Position numbers and translations under genes: made by a program. 64,000 bases of DNA from Balneolaceae bacterium (lineage in GTDB: Bacteria; Bacteroidota; Rhodothermia; Balneolales; Balneolaceae), in assembly GCA_040880485.1 (NCBI GenBank), contig JBBDIJ010000002.1, forward strand, positions 51,518-115,517, written 5' to 3'. Positions 10,328 through 20,471 of this stretch are shown one piece after another (the first letter of the stretch is position 1; each line of letters begins with the position of its first letter). The notes beneath the pieces were generated by a model. It searched no databases. It saw nothing but the letters and a program-made list of their open reading frames with translations, and was not told where the DNA came from.

Positions 10328-11464
10328 TTAAAACGCCTGTTCAAGATCTTCAATCAGGTCTTCTATATCCTCAATGCCAACAGACAAGCGGATGAGGGAG
10401 TCTTTAAGCCCGCCCTTTTCCCGCATCTCTTTTGGTATGGAACCGTGGGTCATGGATGCAGGATGGCTGATCAGGGATTCAACTCCACCAAGACTCTCTG
10501 CAAGAGTAAAGATCCGGGTTTTTTGCATAAAGCGGATGGCAGACTCCATTGAATCTTCCTTGAGAGAGAAGGAGACCATGGCGCCGAAACCACTCATCTG
10601 CTTTGCAGCCAGCTTCTTTTGAGGGTGCGAATCGAGCCCGGGATAGTGGACTGTACCGCTTCCGGAGTGCTGCTCAAGGTAGCTTGCGATAGCTCCGGCG
10701 TTCTGCATGGCTCTTTCGACGCGTAGGCTCAGGGTTTTCACACCTCTTAGCAGCAGATAGCAGTCCATTGGGCCGGGAACAGCTCCTGTGGTCTTCACCT
10801 GAAACCGGATCTTCTCCATAAACTCCGGATTGGACGAGATGACCGCTCCCCCGATTACATCGGAGTGCCCTCCCAGGTATTTGGTCGTAGAGTGAACGAC
10901 GGCGTCGGCACCCAGTTTCAGAGGCTGTTGCAGGGCAGGGGAGGAGAATGTGTTATCCACCACTGTTAAAATCTCTCTCTCCCTGGCTATCTTTGCGATC
11001 TCTTCGATATCTGCAATGCGAAGCAGGGGATTGGTTGGGGTTTCTACCCAGATCATCCGGGTCTTCCTGTCCAGTGCATCAACTACATTCTGTACATCGG
11101 TCATATCTACAAAGCTGAAGCGAATGCCGAACGGCTCAAACACCTGTCGGAAGAGTCGGTAACTGCCACCATAGAGGTCGGCCGAGGAGATCACATGATC
11201 ACCGGGCCGAAGGGTCTTCATCACGGCATCGGCTGCGGCACACCCGCTGGCCAGGCAGGCACATTGATCGCCCTCTTCCAGCCCTGCGAGAAGTTTTTCA
11301 AGTGCTGTACGGGTAGGATTTCCTACACGCGCATAGTCGTACCCCTGGTTCACATTGGGCGCTTCCTGTACGAAGGTGGAGGTTTGAAAGATGGGCGGCA
11401 TGACCGCACCGGTCGTCTCTTCCGGTTTCTGTCCAAAATGGATGGTTCGGGTATTGAATTTCAT
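10328..11464 (-). CDS. Cys/Met-metabolism PLP enzyme (cystathionine gamma-synthase / beta-lyase / gamma-lyase family)
   Basis: PLP-lysine motif STTKYLGGHSDVIGG and family-typical length of 378 aa. The exact specificity cannot be decided by eye. Confidence 0.85.
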   Translation of the reverse strand: MKFNTRTIHFGQKPEETTGAVMPPIFQTSTFVQEAPNVNQGYDYARVGNPTRTALEKLLAGLEEGDQCACLASGCAAADAVMKTLRPGDHVISSADLYGGSYRLFRQVFEPFGIRFSFVDMTDVQNVVDALDRKTRMIWVETPTNPLLRIADIEEIAKIAREREILTVVDNTFSSPALQQPLKLGADAVVHSTTKYLGGHSDVIGGAVISSNPEFMEKIRFQVKTTGAVPGPMDCYLLLRGVKTLSLRVERAMQNAGAIASYLEQHSGSGTVHYPGLDSHPQKKLAAKQMSGFGAMVSFSLKEDSMESAIRFMQKTRIFTLAESLGGVESLISHPASMTHGSIPKEMREKGGLKDSLIRLSVGIEDIEDLIEDLEQAF

Positions 11465-11488
11465 CTGGAGCTTCTCGGAATAGAGGGT

Positions 11489-12724
11489 TTATAGGTTAAT
11501 ACGGTGTTCTATTGCGTCGGCTTCGGCGTTCAGGTCCAGCTGCCTGTAGACCTGATAGATGCTTCTCCAGATCTCCGGATTTTCAGGATTCCTGTCGGCA
11601 ATAGCTTCCCAGAGAGGCACCGAGCGGTGAAGCAGGACGTGTGCCCGCTCCCGGATTTGAGGTGACGGTTCCTGGCTGGTATGTGAGGCGAGGCGTAAGA
11701 GCGCGGCCGCACTGTTCTTGTAGAAAGAAGCGGCCAAATAGGTAAACTCATCAGGATCGGGATGCCGCTCCTGTACCACTCTCAGATGATCTTCAGCTTC
11801 CAGCAGCAACTCTTCGAGGCCAGGCCACTCTTCGGAAAGTACATCGCCAGTGCCGGCTGTGGCTGCATCTATGATCCCGTTGATTTCGGTCTGAATAAGA
11901 AAGTAGAGCTCTGTTGTAAGAGCTTCGTAGGTGTTGATGTTTTCAGGATGCTCTTCCGAAAGTTGGCGAAGCAGGGGGACAGAGTTGAAATGCTGGGCGG
12001 CAAGGATGTAGGCGTTGGCCAGGCCCATCGCCCAGGAGACATTTTCCGGATCCTGATCGTAAAGTGTTTCATAGGCCCTGATGGATCGGTCCAGTTGCCC
12101 CTCCTCCAGGTAAAGGAAAGCGAGCCTTTCTCTGAAATCGGCGGGAACCGGTTGCAAAGTCTCAGTCGCTTTTTCAAGCGTTTGCACGGCAAGGGACACA
12201 TCGCCGTGCCGGTAGTGCGCTGTTGATTTCAGCTTCCAGGTGGTACTGCTGTCGGGGTTGATGGCAAGTGCATTCTCGAAATGGTCCATCGCCATGCTAT
12301 ACATTAAACTGCCGGGGTCGTTGCCCTCCCTGGGCAGGCTTCGTACTGCAGCCCCCTGTTCCCGGGACCAGGAGGTGTAAATGACCTCTTTTCTCTTTTC
12401 GAGGAAGTTCTGATCCTCCCCGTTATCCGGTTCCAGCACGGCACGCATCTCCCGATAGTGCTGCAGCCTTAGAGCTGGTGGGTCGGTCGAGAAAGCCATA
12501 TCGGCCAGGATTTCCGCTTTCAGGATTCGTGCACCTGTATGGCCAGGATCGTCGGCAAGTATCCGGTTCACCTCAGCGAGTGCGGTTTCCGGCTGCCCAC
12601 TTTGAAACTGCTCTTTCGACTTCTCGAGTAGTTGCTGGTGATTGCCGCAAGATGCTAATAAAAAAAAGAACCCGACGGCGGGCAGCAAGCGCGCCAGTCG
12701 GGTTTTGATATCTCTGTTGATCAA
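11489..12724 (-). CDS. TPR-repeat lipoprotein
   Basis: Signal peptide with lipobox-like LLASCG. Repeated Ala/Tyr/Leu-spaced helical TPR-like units. Confidence 0.6.
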   Translation of the reverse strand: MINRDIKTRLARLLPAVGFFFLLASCGNHQQLLEKSKEQFQSGQPETALAEVNRILADDPGHTGARILKAEILADMAFSTDPPALRLQHYREMRAVLEPDNGEDQNFLEKRKEVIYTSWSREQGAAVRSLPREGNDPGSLMYSMAMDHFENALAINPDSSTTWKLKSTAHYRHGDVSLAVQTLEKATETLQPVPADFRERLAFLYLEEGQLDRSIRAYETLYDQDPENVSWAMGLANAYILAAQHFNSVPLLRQLSEEHPENINTYEALTTELYFLIQTEINGIIDAATAGTGDVLSEEWPGLEELLLEAEDHLRVVQERHPDPDEFTYLAASFYKNSAAALLRLASHTSQEPSPQIRERAHVLLHRSVPLWEAIADRNPENPEIWRSIYQVYRQLDLNAEADAIEHRINL

Positions 12725-12753
12725 TGTTGTGGTGCTCAGATTACAGGTTTGGG

Positions 12754-14079
12754 TTACTGCTCGGAACGTTCCAGAGCTTCTTCTGCCAGATCATCCAATC
12801 CCAGTCCGGTGTAGACCTGAAAGAGTGCGAACCAGTAGTTGTTTCTGTCCGGGCTCAGCTCGACTGCATTTTCATAATACTCACGGGCGTGTTCCAGCTG
12901 TTCCATACCAAGCTCGTCGTACTCCATTGCCTGGTCATTGTCCAGTGTATTGTTTCTCTTGTCAAAGAAGGAGGCGGCTCTGTTCTGATGAATCACGCCA
13001 AGAACATGCCACGGTTCTGGCATGTCGCCATCCAGTTCCACTGAGAGATTCAGGGCCTCCGTGGCTTCTATACTGAGCTCTTCGCCTTGCTGCTCCAGCT
13101 CCTCCGCTTTGGCCAGTAGTTCATCGATATGCTCCTGAAGGTCTGCCTGCTCCTGGCCGCTCAGGTCATCGAGCTGTTCCATTATGGACAAGGCCTGTCT
13201 GAATGTGGTGGAAGCGGGGATCAGATACTCCTGGTCCGCCAGGTGATAGATCTGTGATCCCAGGATATATTGGAATCGGGGGTTGTTCGGGTCGCTCTCT
13301 ACAAGACCACGTATGAGCGCGATCGCTTCATCGGCATTATCGAGACGCAGGTAAGCATCCGCAAGATATTGTATGAAAAGGTCTTCGTCGGGATACAGTT
13401 CTCTCGCTTCCAAAGAAAGATCCCGTGCATCTTCAAACCGCTCATGCATGAAGTAGGATCCAATCATATAGTCGTAGTCTTCCACCTGTGGCGGGTCCAG
13501 TCGGGGCATCGCCTCCTCGTAATACTCCATCGCACTCTGTGTATCTCCCTGTTGGTGCAGGATGGAGGAGAGTACGATGTAGCTGAGTGCGCTGTCCGGT
13601 TCAATGGTGATTGCATTCTTCAGGTGGCTTACTATCGCTTCATCCGGATTGGGTGTTTCGGCCCTCAGGCTGTCGCTCAGATAGATCTCTGCGGCGATGT
13701 TGTGTTCGGCCGACCAGAATTCAATGATAATCCCTTCGATCTCATTATATTCTGCAGGCGGTTCATCCTCCATCGACTCAAAATAACGGCGGGCCTCCTC
13801 CAGGGAGGAGCGCAGCTCCTGATAGTAGGGTATTCGGTCGGCAGGCGGCTGAATTGTACTTGCCATCATCCCGTACGAAACACCACGGTAGTAGTGTGCA
13901 AGTGCATTGGCCGGGTTTTCCTGCAGCGCTGAATCTGCTGCGGCCACAGCCTCTTCGTAGTTTAAGTTTTCAAAATGGGTTTTCACTTCACGCGTAATCG
14001 GATCCATCGGACTGCAACTCCAGAGCAGGCCGGCTGTAAGAAAGAGCAGGGTAATTGATCTCAGATTCATGTCGTACAA
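12754..14079 (-). CDS. TPR-repeat lipoprotein
   Basis: Signal peptide with LLWSCS lipobox. Multiple TPR-like units (ALAHYYRGVSYG, ALSYIVLSSILHQQGD and others). Confidence 0.6.
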   Translation of the reverse strand: MYDMNLRSITLLFLTAGLLWSCSPMDPITREVKTHFENLNYEEAVAAADSALQENPANALAHYYRGVSYGMMASTIQPPADRIPYYQELRSSLEEARRYFESMEDEPPAEYNEIEGIIIEFWSAEHNIAAEIYLSDSLRAETPNPDEAIVSHLKNAITIEPDSALSYIVLSSILHQQGDTQSAMEYYEEAMPRLDPPQVEDYDYMIGSYFMHERFEDARDLSLEARELYPDEDLFIQYLADAYLRLDNADEAIALIRGLVESDPNNPRFQYILGSQIYHLADQEYLIPASTTFRQALSIMEQLDDLSGQEQADLQEHIDELLAKAEELEQQGEELSIEATEALNLSVELDGDMPEPWHVLGVIHQNRAASFFDKRNNTLDNDQAMEYDELGMEQLEHAREYYENAVELSPDRNNYWFALFQVYTGLGLDDLAEEALERSEQ

Positions 14080-14374
14080 GTTGACTTAAGGTTTGGTTTG
14101 GAGCGACAGGGTGCACAACATTGGCCCGCTCTCGCTCCATACAGCGCAAGCTCAGTTTCAGGTGCTATGCGCGACTATTTCTGAACGATATGAAAGTAAT
14201 CATATAATGGGCGATCCGCAATAAACGTACAGGCTGTGGGTGCCGGTCGTGAAACACCGGCTCTGTCTGACCTGCATCTCTTTAACTGTATTAAAAGGTT
14301 GATCGTATACACTTTTTTTATGCAATTTACAGCCGATTGACCGATATGGATGAACCCCACACAAACGGAACGTT

Positions 14375-14758
14375 ATGAAAGACAGAAATATCGTCTATAC
14401 CGACAAGGCACCGGAAGCGATAGGCCCCTATAGCCAGGCCACAACTGCGGGAGGGTTTGTCTGGTGCTCCGGACAGATACCGCTGGACCCCCAAACGATG
14501 GAGATGGTTCAGGGGGATGTCTCTGTGCAGGCCAGACAGGTGATGGAGAACCTGAAACACGTTCTCTCCGAGGCCGGTAGCAGTTTCGGACGTGTCATTA
14601 AGTGCACTATCTATCTTGCTGACATGAAGGACTTTGCAAGTGTGAACGAGGTGTATGGCCACTACTTCCCGCAAGATCCTCCTGCGAGGGAGACGGTTGC
14701 TGTAAAGGAGCTTCCGAAGGGATCCAGAGTGGAGATCAGTTGCATCGCCCTTCAGTAA
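14375..14758 (+). CDS. ridA: RidA/YjgF-family enamine/imine deaminase
   Basis: 127 aa with APEAIGPYSQA, and ARETVAVKELPKGSRVEI near the C-terminus. Confidence 0.85.
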   Translation: MKDRNIVYTDKAPEAIGPYSQATTAGGFVWCSGQIPLDPQTMEMVQGDVSVQARQVMENLKHVLSEAGSSFGRVIKCTIYLADMKDFASVNEVYGHYFPQDPPARETVAVKELPKGSRVEISCIALQ

Positions 14759-14791
14759 CGCTGAGGGCAACTCTTCGACAAGGGCAGCCAT

Positions 14792-16747
14792 TTACAGGGG
14801 CGCTTCCGGCAGGATCCAACTCCTCTCTGTACGATTTCCAACACCGTCCAGAACGGTTAATGAAACACGATTCTCCTCTTCAGGTGTAAAACCGGGGAGG
14901 TAGAATGTGAGTCTCTCTTTTTCGGGATCATACTCCGTGATTCCGCGCAATCCATTTACACGTATTTCCGAGTGTTGATAATCGATTCCGGACATCTCGT
15001 CCAGTACCTCTATATGCACCACGTGGGCTCCGCCCAGAGTCTTCGCCATACGAGCCGGGCCCACTGTGGGAGGCTCCAGGTCCTCCAGAACGTAGAGCGT
15101 CTGCAGCTCGTTGAACCGGCCGCGGATTAGCTGGGTTCCACGGCTACTCCCCACCAGTGAATAACGTTCGCGCCTCTCATCGTAGCTATAGAGGCCGTAC
15201 CGGCTCACCTCTCCTGAAGCTGGTTCGTCGAGAATAAGCTGGATAGTCGCATGGGATTGAAGAGGGATACGCCCGGGGTGGAACCGTATGACCGGCAGAT
15301 CATCTATTTCTGAGAGTTCTACCTCCAGATTCAGGGTGTCGAACAGTGCCTTTTCAGAGAACTGAATCCGGAGAGAGGGCCGGGCAAGTTCGATAACCTG
15401 ATTTTCGTTGGGGGCCAGCTTCTTTCGAAGGATTCGGGTTGTGCTCTCCCGAGGGCCGCCGCTCTGTTCATCGCTCCGGTTCTCCCGGCAGATTCGCGCT
15501 CCGTTCAAAACGGAACTGTCCGGCTCATGAGGCGAGGGAGTGTGGAACAGTGGCTCGGGTTCTATTCGTTGTGCCTGGACAGGTGCAACCGGCCGGCACT
15601 GAAGATCTTCTTGTTTCTGAGGGGCGGGATAGGCCGGAATTCGCTCGATCTGGCCGGTAACCGGTTCAAATCGATCACGTACCTGAACGGACAAGCGCCC
15701 TGTAGCCCGGTTGCCGAAGTAGTCGGCGGCAATGATTTTGAGCTCGTGGTTGCCTTCAGGAAGATCCACCACACCTCTTCGGGCATCCGTTTGATAGAAG
15801 GGAAGCGAATTGCCATCGGTCACATAGAGGCGTTGATAACCCTGCCGCTGTTCTCTCAGCAGCTGAAAATCGCGATCGATAAACATTTGGGGTGCATCAT
15901 CATAGCTGAAATAGTTCTTTGTGCCGTGATACAGAGTGTCTGCTTCATGGATCAGGGTCAGCGTATATACGGCATAGACATTCGGGGTGTTGTTGGCCCT
16001 GTCGTGGGCGTTTACAGCCAGGCCAAAAGGACCATCAGTATCCATAGACCCGAAGTGAAACTCGCCGTCCCGGCGCTCCGGAAACAGGAGTTCGGTTCCC
16101 GCCGGCTGCAGGGTTTGCGGGTCCAGCCGGGTGACGGCAAGGGAGGAGAATACAGGTGGCAGGTTGTCATCAATAGACAGGTTGGTGAGCAGCGGGTTGA
16201 AGGGGTGGTTGTCGGGGGTACGCAGTTCAAAATGGAGATGGGGAGGCCCGACTCCGGTAGAACCTGTGTAGCCGATCCGCTCTCCCTGACGCACTGTAAA
16301 AGTGCCCGGTTCCACCCGCTCATCCATTTCGAATTGGTAGTCGGCCATTCGAATCGAATCGGCCCAGGCCTGCAGGTAGGGCTCGAATCGGTTCAGATGG
16401 GCATAGATAGAAAATGAGCCGTCTTCATGCTTCAGGGTGATCCCATTACCGTACCCTTTGGGGCCCGTCATGATACGATACACTTCCCCGTCTCTGGCGG
16501 CAAATACCTGGTATCCCTCTCTACCCCAGGTCCGAATGTCCAGGCCTGCATGAAAATGGGCAGAGCGCGTCTCTCCGAATGTGGAAGAGAGGTAGGGGCT
16601 GGCGTCGGTCGGCCAGAGATAGGCAGGGTTCTCCTCCAGAAAGGAGAGGTCCTGCGCAACGACTGCCACCCTGCCGGGCAGCAGATAGAGGAGAACAGAG
16701 AGCAGAAGCGTAAAGAGAGAATATTTCAATTCAGGCCACATCCACAT
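14792..16747 (-). CDS. M23-family metallopeptidase with a long C-terminal extension
   Basis: HAGLDI and GSTGVGPPHLHFEL zinc-ligand motifs in the N-terminal third. N-terminal TM/signal segment. Confidence 0.75.
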   Translation of the reverse strand: MWMWPELKYSLFTLLLSVLLYLLPGRVAVVAQDLSFLEENPAYLWPTDASPYLSSTFGETRSAHFHAGLDIRTWGREGYQVFAARDGEVYRIMTGPKGYGNGITLKHEDGSFSIYAHLNRFEPYLQAWADSIRMADYQFEMDERVEPGTFTVRQGERIGYTGSTGVGPPHLHFELRTPDNHPFNPLLTNLSIDDNLPPVFSSLAVTRLDPQTLQPAGTELLFPERRDGEFHFGSMDTDGPFGLAVNAHDRANNTPNVYAVYTLTLIHEADTLYHGTKNYFSYDDAPQMFIDRDFQLLREQRQGYQRLYVTDGNSLPFYQTDARRGVVDLPEGNHELKIIAADYFGNRATGRLSVQVRDRFEPVTGQIERIPAYPAPQKQEDLQCRPVAPVQAQRIEPEPLFHTPSPHEPDSSVLNGARICRENRSDEQSGGPRESTTRILRKKLAPNENQVIELARPSLRIQFSEKALFDTLNLEVELSEIDDLPVIRFHPGRIPLQSHATIQLILDEPASGEVSRYGLYSYDERRERYSLVGSSRGTQLIRGRFNELQTLYVLEDLEPPTVGPARMAKTLGGAHVVHIEVLDEMSGIDYQHSEIRVNGLRGITEYDPEKERLTFYLPGFTPEEENRVSLTVLDGVGNRTERSWILPEAPL

Positions 16748-17384
16748 GTAACGTTATGAGCTCCTCTCCAAGTGTGGCTGTGAGAGAATCTCCGGATTGA
16801 ACCGGCCCTACTCCACTCGGTGTGCCGGTATAGATCAGGTCGCCCGGCTGCAGAGTAAAGACTTCGGAGAGGTATCGTATGACTTCACGGACGGTGAAGA
16901 TCATATCTGAAGTGCTCTCCTGCTGACGGATCTCTCCATTCACATTCAGGGTGAGCTGCAGGTTCTGAAGGTCTCCCGCATCTTCCAGCCTGATGAATCG
17001 GCTGACGGGTGCGAAGGTGTCAAAACCCTTTGCAAGAGACCAGGGCGTGCCCTGGCTTTTTGCTTTCTGCTGGAGATCTCTGGCAGTGAAGTCGATGCCC
17101 ACAGCAACACCGGCTATGAGCGGCGCCACCTCGTCGTCTGTTACGTTTTTTCCGTGTCCGCCTACAGCAATGACCATTTCGATCTCATGGTGTACATCGG
17201 ATGAGCGGGAGGGAAGGAGAACCGGTTCCCCTTCGAAGATAACGGCACTGTTCGGTTTCAGGAACACCATCGGTTCCCGGGGGATGGCGGAGTTCATCTC
17301 TTTGGCGTGCAGCCTGTAGTTGAGGCCGATGCAGAAGATGTTATTGAGTCTGTGTGGCGCAAGGCCTGGAATGGGTCTGCTCAT
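16731..17384 (-). CDS. fumarylacetoacetate hydrolase family protein
   Basis: IFCIGLNY, HHEIEMVIAVG and GDLIYTGTPSGVGPV motifs typical of FAH-fold isomerases/decarboxylases. Confidence 0.8.
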   Translation of the reverse strand: MSRPIPGLAPHRLNNIFCIGLNYRLHAKEMNSAIPREPMVFLKPNSAVIFEGEPVLLPSRSSDVHHEIEMVIAVGGHGKNVTDDEVAPLIAGVAVGIDFTARDLQQKAKSQGTPWSLAKGFDTFAPVSRFIRLEDAGDLQNLQLTLNVNGEIRQQESTSDMIFTVREVIRYLSEVFTLQPGDLIYTGTPSGVGPVQSGDSLTATLGEELITLHVDVA

Positions 17385-17443
17385 GGGATCATTTGTGTGG
17401 TGGTCAGTTCTGCCTGTTATGAAAATCGGAAACCTGAGGACAT

Positions 17444-17475
17444 AAAAAAACCCTGCATCCTATTCGGATACAGGG
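17444..17475 (-). terminator. rho-independent terminator after rpmA
   Basis: On the minus strand, a 10-bp stem (17451-17460 with 17466-17475, one mismatch) is followed by a T7 run (plus-strand A7 at 17444-17450). Confidence 0.5.
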
Positions 17476-17500
17476 CTCTTCTCATTTGATTTGATCGGGT

Positions 17501-17755
17501 TCAGGAAGCCGGAACGATATTGACATACTTTCTGCCGTTCCGTGTGACAAACTGAACCTGGCCGTCGGCTGTAGCGAAGAGTGTATCGTCTCCTCCGCGC
17601 CCAACCAGTTCACCTGGGTGAAACTTGGTGCCGCGCTGGCGCACAATGATGTTTCCGGCACGGACCACCTGTCCGCCAGACTTCTTCACGCCAAGTCGTT
17701 TCGATTGGGAGTCACGTCCGTTTCGGGTTGAACCCTGACCTTTCTTGTGTGCCAT
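17501..17755 (-). CDS. rpmA: 50S ribosomal protein L27
   Basis: [25 protein letters not shown]-terminus is diagnostic. Confidence 0.95.
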   Translation of the reverse strand: MAHKKGQGSTRNGRDSQSKRLGVKKSGGQVVRAGNIIVRQRGTKFHPGELVGRGGDDTLFATADGQVQFVTRNGRKYVNIVPAS

Positions 17756-17769
17756 AACTCAATCCTCCT

Positions 17770-18078
17770 TCAGGAGATTTTCTCAATTTGCAGTTGTGTC
17801 AACGGCTGCCTGTGTCCGCGTTTGACTTTGTAGCCCTTGCGGCGTTTTTTCTTGAATACGATGACTTTATCGGCTTTCAGGTGATCGACGATTTTGGCCT
17901 CTACCTTCGCTCCTTCGACTATCGGTTTGCCGAACTGAACCTCACCTTTTTTGTCTTTCAAAAGGAGAACGCGATCTACAGTCACCTTCTCCTCTTCCGT
18001 GTTCAGCCGGTTTACAAAAATCGTATCTTTTTCGGCAACCTTGTATTGATGCCCGCCAATCTCAATAACAGCGTACAT
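17770..18078 (-). CDS. rplU: 50S ribosomal protein L21
   Basis: MYAVIEIGGHQYKV is the canonical L21 N-terminus. The ORF-track start at 18102 adds 8 non-conserved residues, so I prefer the ATG at 18078. Confidence 0.9.
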   Translation of the reverse strand: MYAVIEIGGHQYKVAEKDTIFVNRLNTEEEKVTVDRVLLLKDKKGEVQFGKPIVEGAKVEAKIVDHLKADKVIVFKKKRRKGYKVKRGHRQPLTQLQIEKIS

Positions 18079-18237
18079 TGTGTCCTGATTAATTAAAAAC
18101 ATTCATTTTGTACCTTCTGCCACCGGCATGCAATGGACAGACAAGAAATATAAAACTTTACCTTCCTAAAAGAAAGGGGCGGTTGCTCCGAAATGAGGGG
18201 AAAAGTTCCTTTGGAACGTTTATTTTCAACAGAGCCC

Positions 18238-18477
18238 ATGAATAGCAACAACCGAGACGCGACCGATATGGAGATGAAGAAGGCACTTCCCGACCTGCAC
18301 AGACAAGCATTTGCACTCAAGAACCATAGCAATTTCCGCCGCGATGGAGGAAGGGCCTGGATCAGGGATTCGCAGCTATACGATGCGAGATGTGGTGAGA
18401 ACAGAAAACTGGAGACCATACACGAGCATCTGGACAAGCTCTCCAGCAGGGAAGGCGATTCTGGAAAAATGATTTAG
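18238..18477 (+). CDS. possible small hydrophilic protein (79 aa), unknown function
   Basis: Internal ATG of ORF 18193..18477. Codon usage looks genome-like (frequent GAG/AAG/CTG/GAC, G/C-rich third positions). It fills an otherwise empty 370-nt gap. No family recognised. Confidence 0.3.
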   Translation: MNSNNRDATDMEMKKALPDLHRQAFALKNHSNFRRDGGRAWIRDSQLYDARCGENRKLETIHEHLDKLSSREGDSGKMI

Positions 18478-19133
18478 CGTGCAGCACGAACCGGTTCAGC
18501 CCGATGGATTCCGGTCCGGTTTACGTGCCCCACATACTTTCCGATCACCCGGACATCCTCAAACATATCCGGTTCGATGACGATCTCATCATACTCTTCA
18601 TTGGCCGGCTCCAGTCGCAGACCGTTCTCGTCATAGTAGACCCGTTTCAGGCTGGTCTCTCCGTCGTACAGGACGGCGCCGATATCTCCGTCCGAAATAT
18701 CGGAATCCATGAGCAGGACGAAGTCTCCGTCGAAAATACCGGCATCCCTCATGCTCATACCCGATACACGCAGTGCAAAGATACGGTTCATGTCCGGGAA
18801 AATAGTCTGCAGGGTGATCTTGCCGAGGTCGGCTTCTACCGCTTCCTGTAAATACCCGGCAGCAATCAGTCCGCGAACCGGAATACCCGGAGTCTCTTTC
18901 TCTCTCTTTTTCTTCCTGAGGCGCGGGTGGAGGTCATATTCGTTGTCATCCTTTCTGACCAGATACTCCTTTTTCAGGAGTGCCTGAATATTCTGGGTTA
19001 CACTGTTGGGTGAGCGGTAGTCGAAGGCGTCCGCAATTTCGCGGTAGGTAGGCCAGACATCGTGCTCTTTCTTGTAGTCCAGAATGAAGTCGAAAAACTC
19101 CTTCTGTTTTCGGGTCAGTTGTGCGTTATCCAT
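18474..19133 (-). CDS. lexA: LexA-family transcriptional repressor (S24 peptidase)
   Basis: N-terminal winged-HTH (PTYREIADAFDYRSPNSVTQNIQALLKKEYL). S24 catalytic Ser context LRVSGMSMRDAGI and a downstream Lys (SLKR). Confidence 0.8.
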   Translation of the reverse strand: MDNAQLTRKQKEFFDFILDYKKEHDVWPTYREIADAFDYRSPNSVTQNIQALLKKEYLVRKDDNEYDLHPRLRKKKREKETPGIPVRGLIAAGYLQEAVEADLGKITLQTIFPDMNRIFALRVSGMSMRDAGIFDGDFVLLMDSDISDGDIGAVLYDGETSLKRVYYDENGLRLEPANEEYDEIVIEPDMFEDVRVIGKYVGHVNRTGIHRAEPVRAAR

Positions 19134-19214
19134 AGAGCCAGGTTATTGGTATATGCAATATATGTGTAAATAACGCAAATCGAAGGTGAATGCCAAACGG
19201 TAGTTGAAATTTTT

Positions 19215-20408
19215 TTATGGGTTGCCCAGCGGAGTAAAGGCCTGAATGCCGGTCAGCTCCCGGCCCAGTATAAGGCCATGTATATCGTAGGTGCCCTCAT
19301 AGGTGTTCACCGACTCCAGGTTTACCATGTGATGGATCACCCGGTACTCTCCGGTGATGCCGTTGCCCCCATGCATATCCCGGGCTGTTCGGGCGATCTC
19401 GAGAGCGGTATTCACGTTGTGCCGCTTGGCGAGCGATACCATCTGGTGATTGTCCCGGCCGGAGTCTTTGAGCGCGCCGATGCGCCAGGCGAGCATCTGC
19501 ATGGTGGTGATGGAGGTGGCCATGTTGGCCAGTTTGGTCTGTACAAGCTGTGTGGCCGACAGGGGCTGCCCAAACTGTTTACGATCCGACACGTAGTTCA
19601 GGGCGCGTTCAAAACAGTTTTCCGCCGCCCCGGTCGCACCCCAGACGATGCCGTACCGGGCGCTGTTCAGACACATGAAGGGCCCTTTGAGACCGCGGAT
19701 CTCCGGAAAGACGTTTTCGTCGGGTACGAACAGATCTTCGAAGATGAGTTCGCCGGTACTGGATGCACGAAGGCTCATCTTCTGTGTAGTGACCGGTGTG
19801 GAGAAGCCCTCCATGCCGCGCTCCACAAGAAACCCTCTGATCACGGGATCATCCCCCTTCTTCTCCCGGGTTTGGGCCCAGACGATGGCCAGGCCTGCGA
19901 TGGGTGCATTGGTGATCCACATCTTGGCCCCATTCAGGATATAGCCTCCGTCGGTTTTCATGGCACTGGTGACCATGGAGCCGGGGTCGGAACCGTGATC
20001 CGGTTCGGTGAGGCCAAAGCAGCCGATGAGTTCACCGTTGGCCAGCGAGGGCAGGAAACGTTTTTTCTGCTCTTCGGTGCCAAAGGTTTCAATAGGGTAC
20101 ATCACCAGGGAGGATTGAACCGACATGAAGGAGCGGTAGCCAGAGTCGACCCGCTCCAGTTCGCGTGCGATAAGACCGTAAGCAGTGTGGCTGGCGCCGC
20201 CTCCACCGTACTTCGGGCTCGATGCCGCACCCAGCAGACCCATGTCGCCCAGCTCTTTCGGAATCTCCGGGTCAAAATATCCCTCCTGATTCCCTTTCAG
20301 TGCGCGGGGTTCGAGATACTTCTGCGCATATTCGCGCGCACTCTCCATAATCATGCGTTCCTCTTCACCCAGTTCGGATTCGAAGAGTAAAATATCCTCT
20401 CTGTTCAT
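19215..20408 (-). CDS. acyl-CoA dehydrogenase, glutaryl-CoA dehydrogenase-like
   Basis: GCFGLTEPDHGSDPGSM and the C-terminal YEGTYDIHGLILGRELTG resemble glutaryl-CoA dehydrogenases. Confidence 0.85.
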   Translation of the reverse strand: MNREDILLFESELGEEERMIMESAREYAQKYLEPRALKGNQEGYFDPEIPKELGDMGLLGAASSPKYGGGGASHTAYGLIARELERVDSGYRSFMSVQSSLVMYPIETFGTEEQKKRFLPSLANGELIGCFGLTEPDHGSDPGSMVTSAMKTDGGYILNGAKMWITNAPIAGLAIVWAQTREKKGDDPVIRGFLVERGMEGFSTPVTTQKMSLRASSTGELIFEDLFVPDENVFPEIRGLKGPFMCLNSARYGIVWGATGAAENCFERALNYVSDRKQFGQPLSATQLVQTKLANMATSITTMQMLAWRIGALKDSGRDNHQMVSLAKRHNVNTALEIARTARDMHGGNGITGEYRVIHHMVNLESVNTYEGTYDIHGLILGRELTGIQAFTPLGNP

Positions 20409-20471
20409 TGTTCCTCCTGATTTATCATCTGTTTTTCAGTCTGTTCTGTTTTAATTCTGTCCTTCGGCCTG

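Noticed and set aside
18093-18437. 114-aa minus-strand ORF in the lexA-rplU gap
   Set aside because: Its Cys/Ser/Leu/Phe-rich translation does not look like a protein, and it overlaps the rplU start. The plus-strand frame looks more gene-like.
19134-19214. Search for a LexA operator upstream of lexA
   Set aside because: The region holds an AT-rich near-symmetric stretch (TATATGCAATATATG). I could not find a convincing inverted repeat or a match to any SOS-box consensus I know. The operator for this lineage is unknown to me.
19278-20390. 370-aa plus-strand ORF covering the acyl-CoA dehydrogenase gene
   Set aside because: It is a shadow ORF. The opposite frame carries unmistakable acyl-CoA dehydrogenase motifs, whereas this frame is Gly/His/Pro/Arg-rich.
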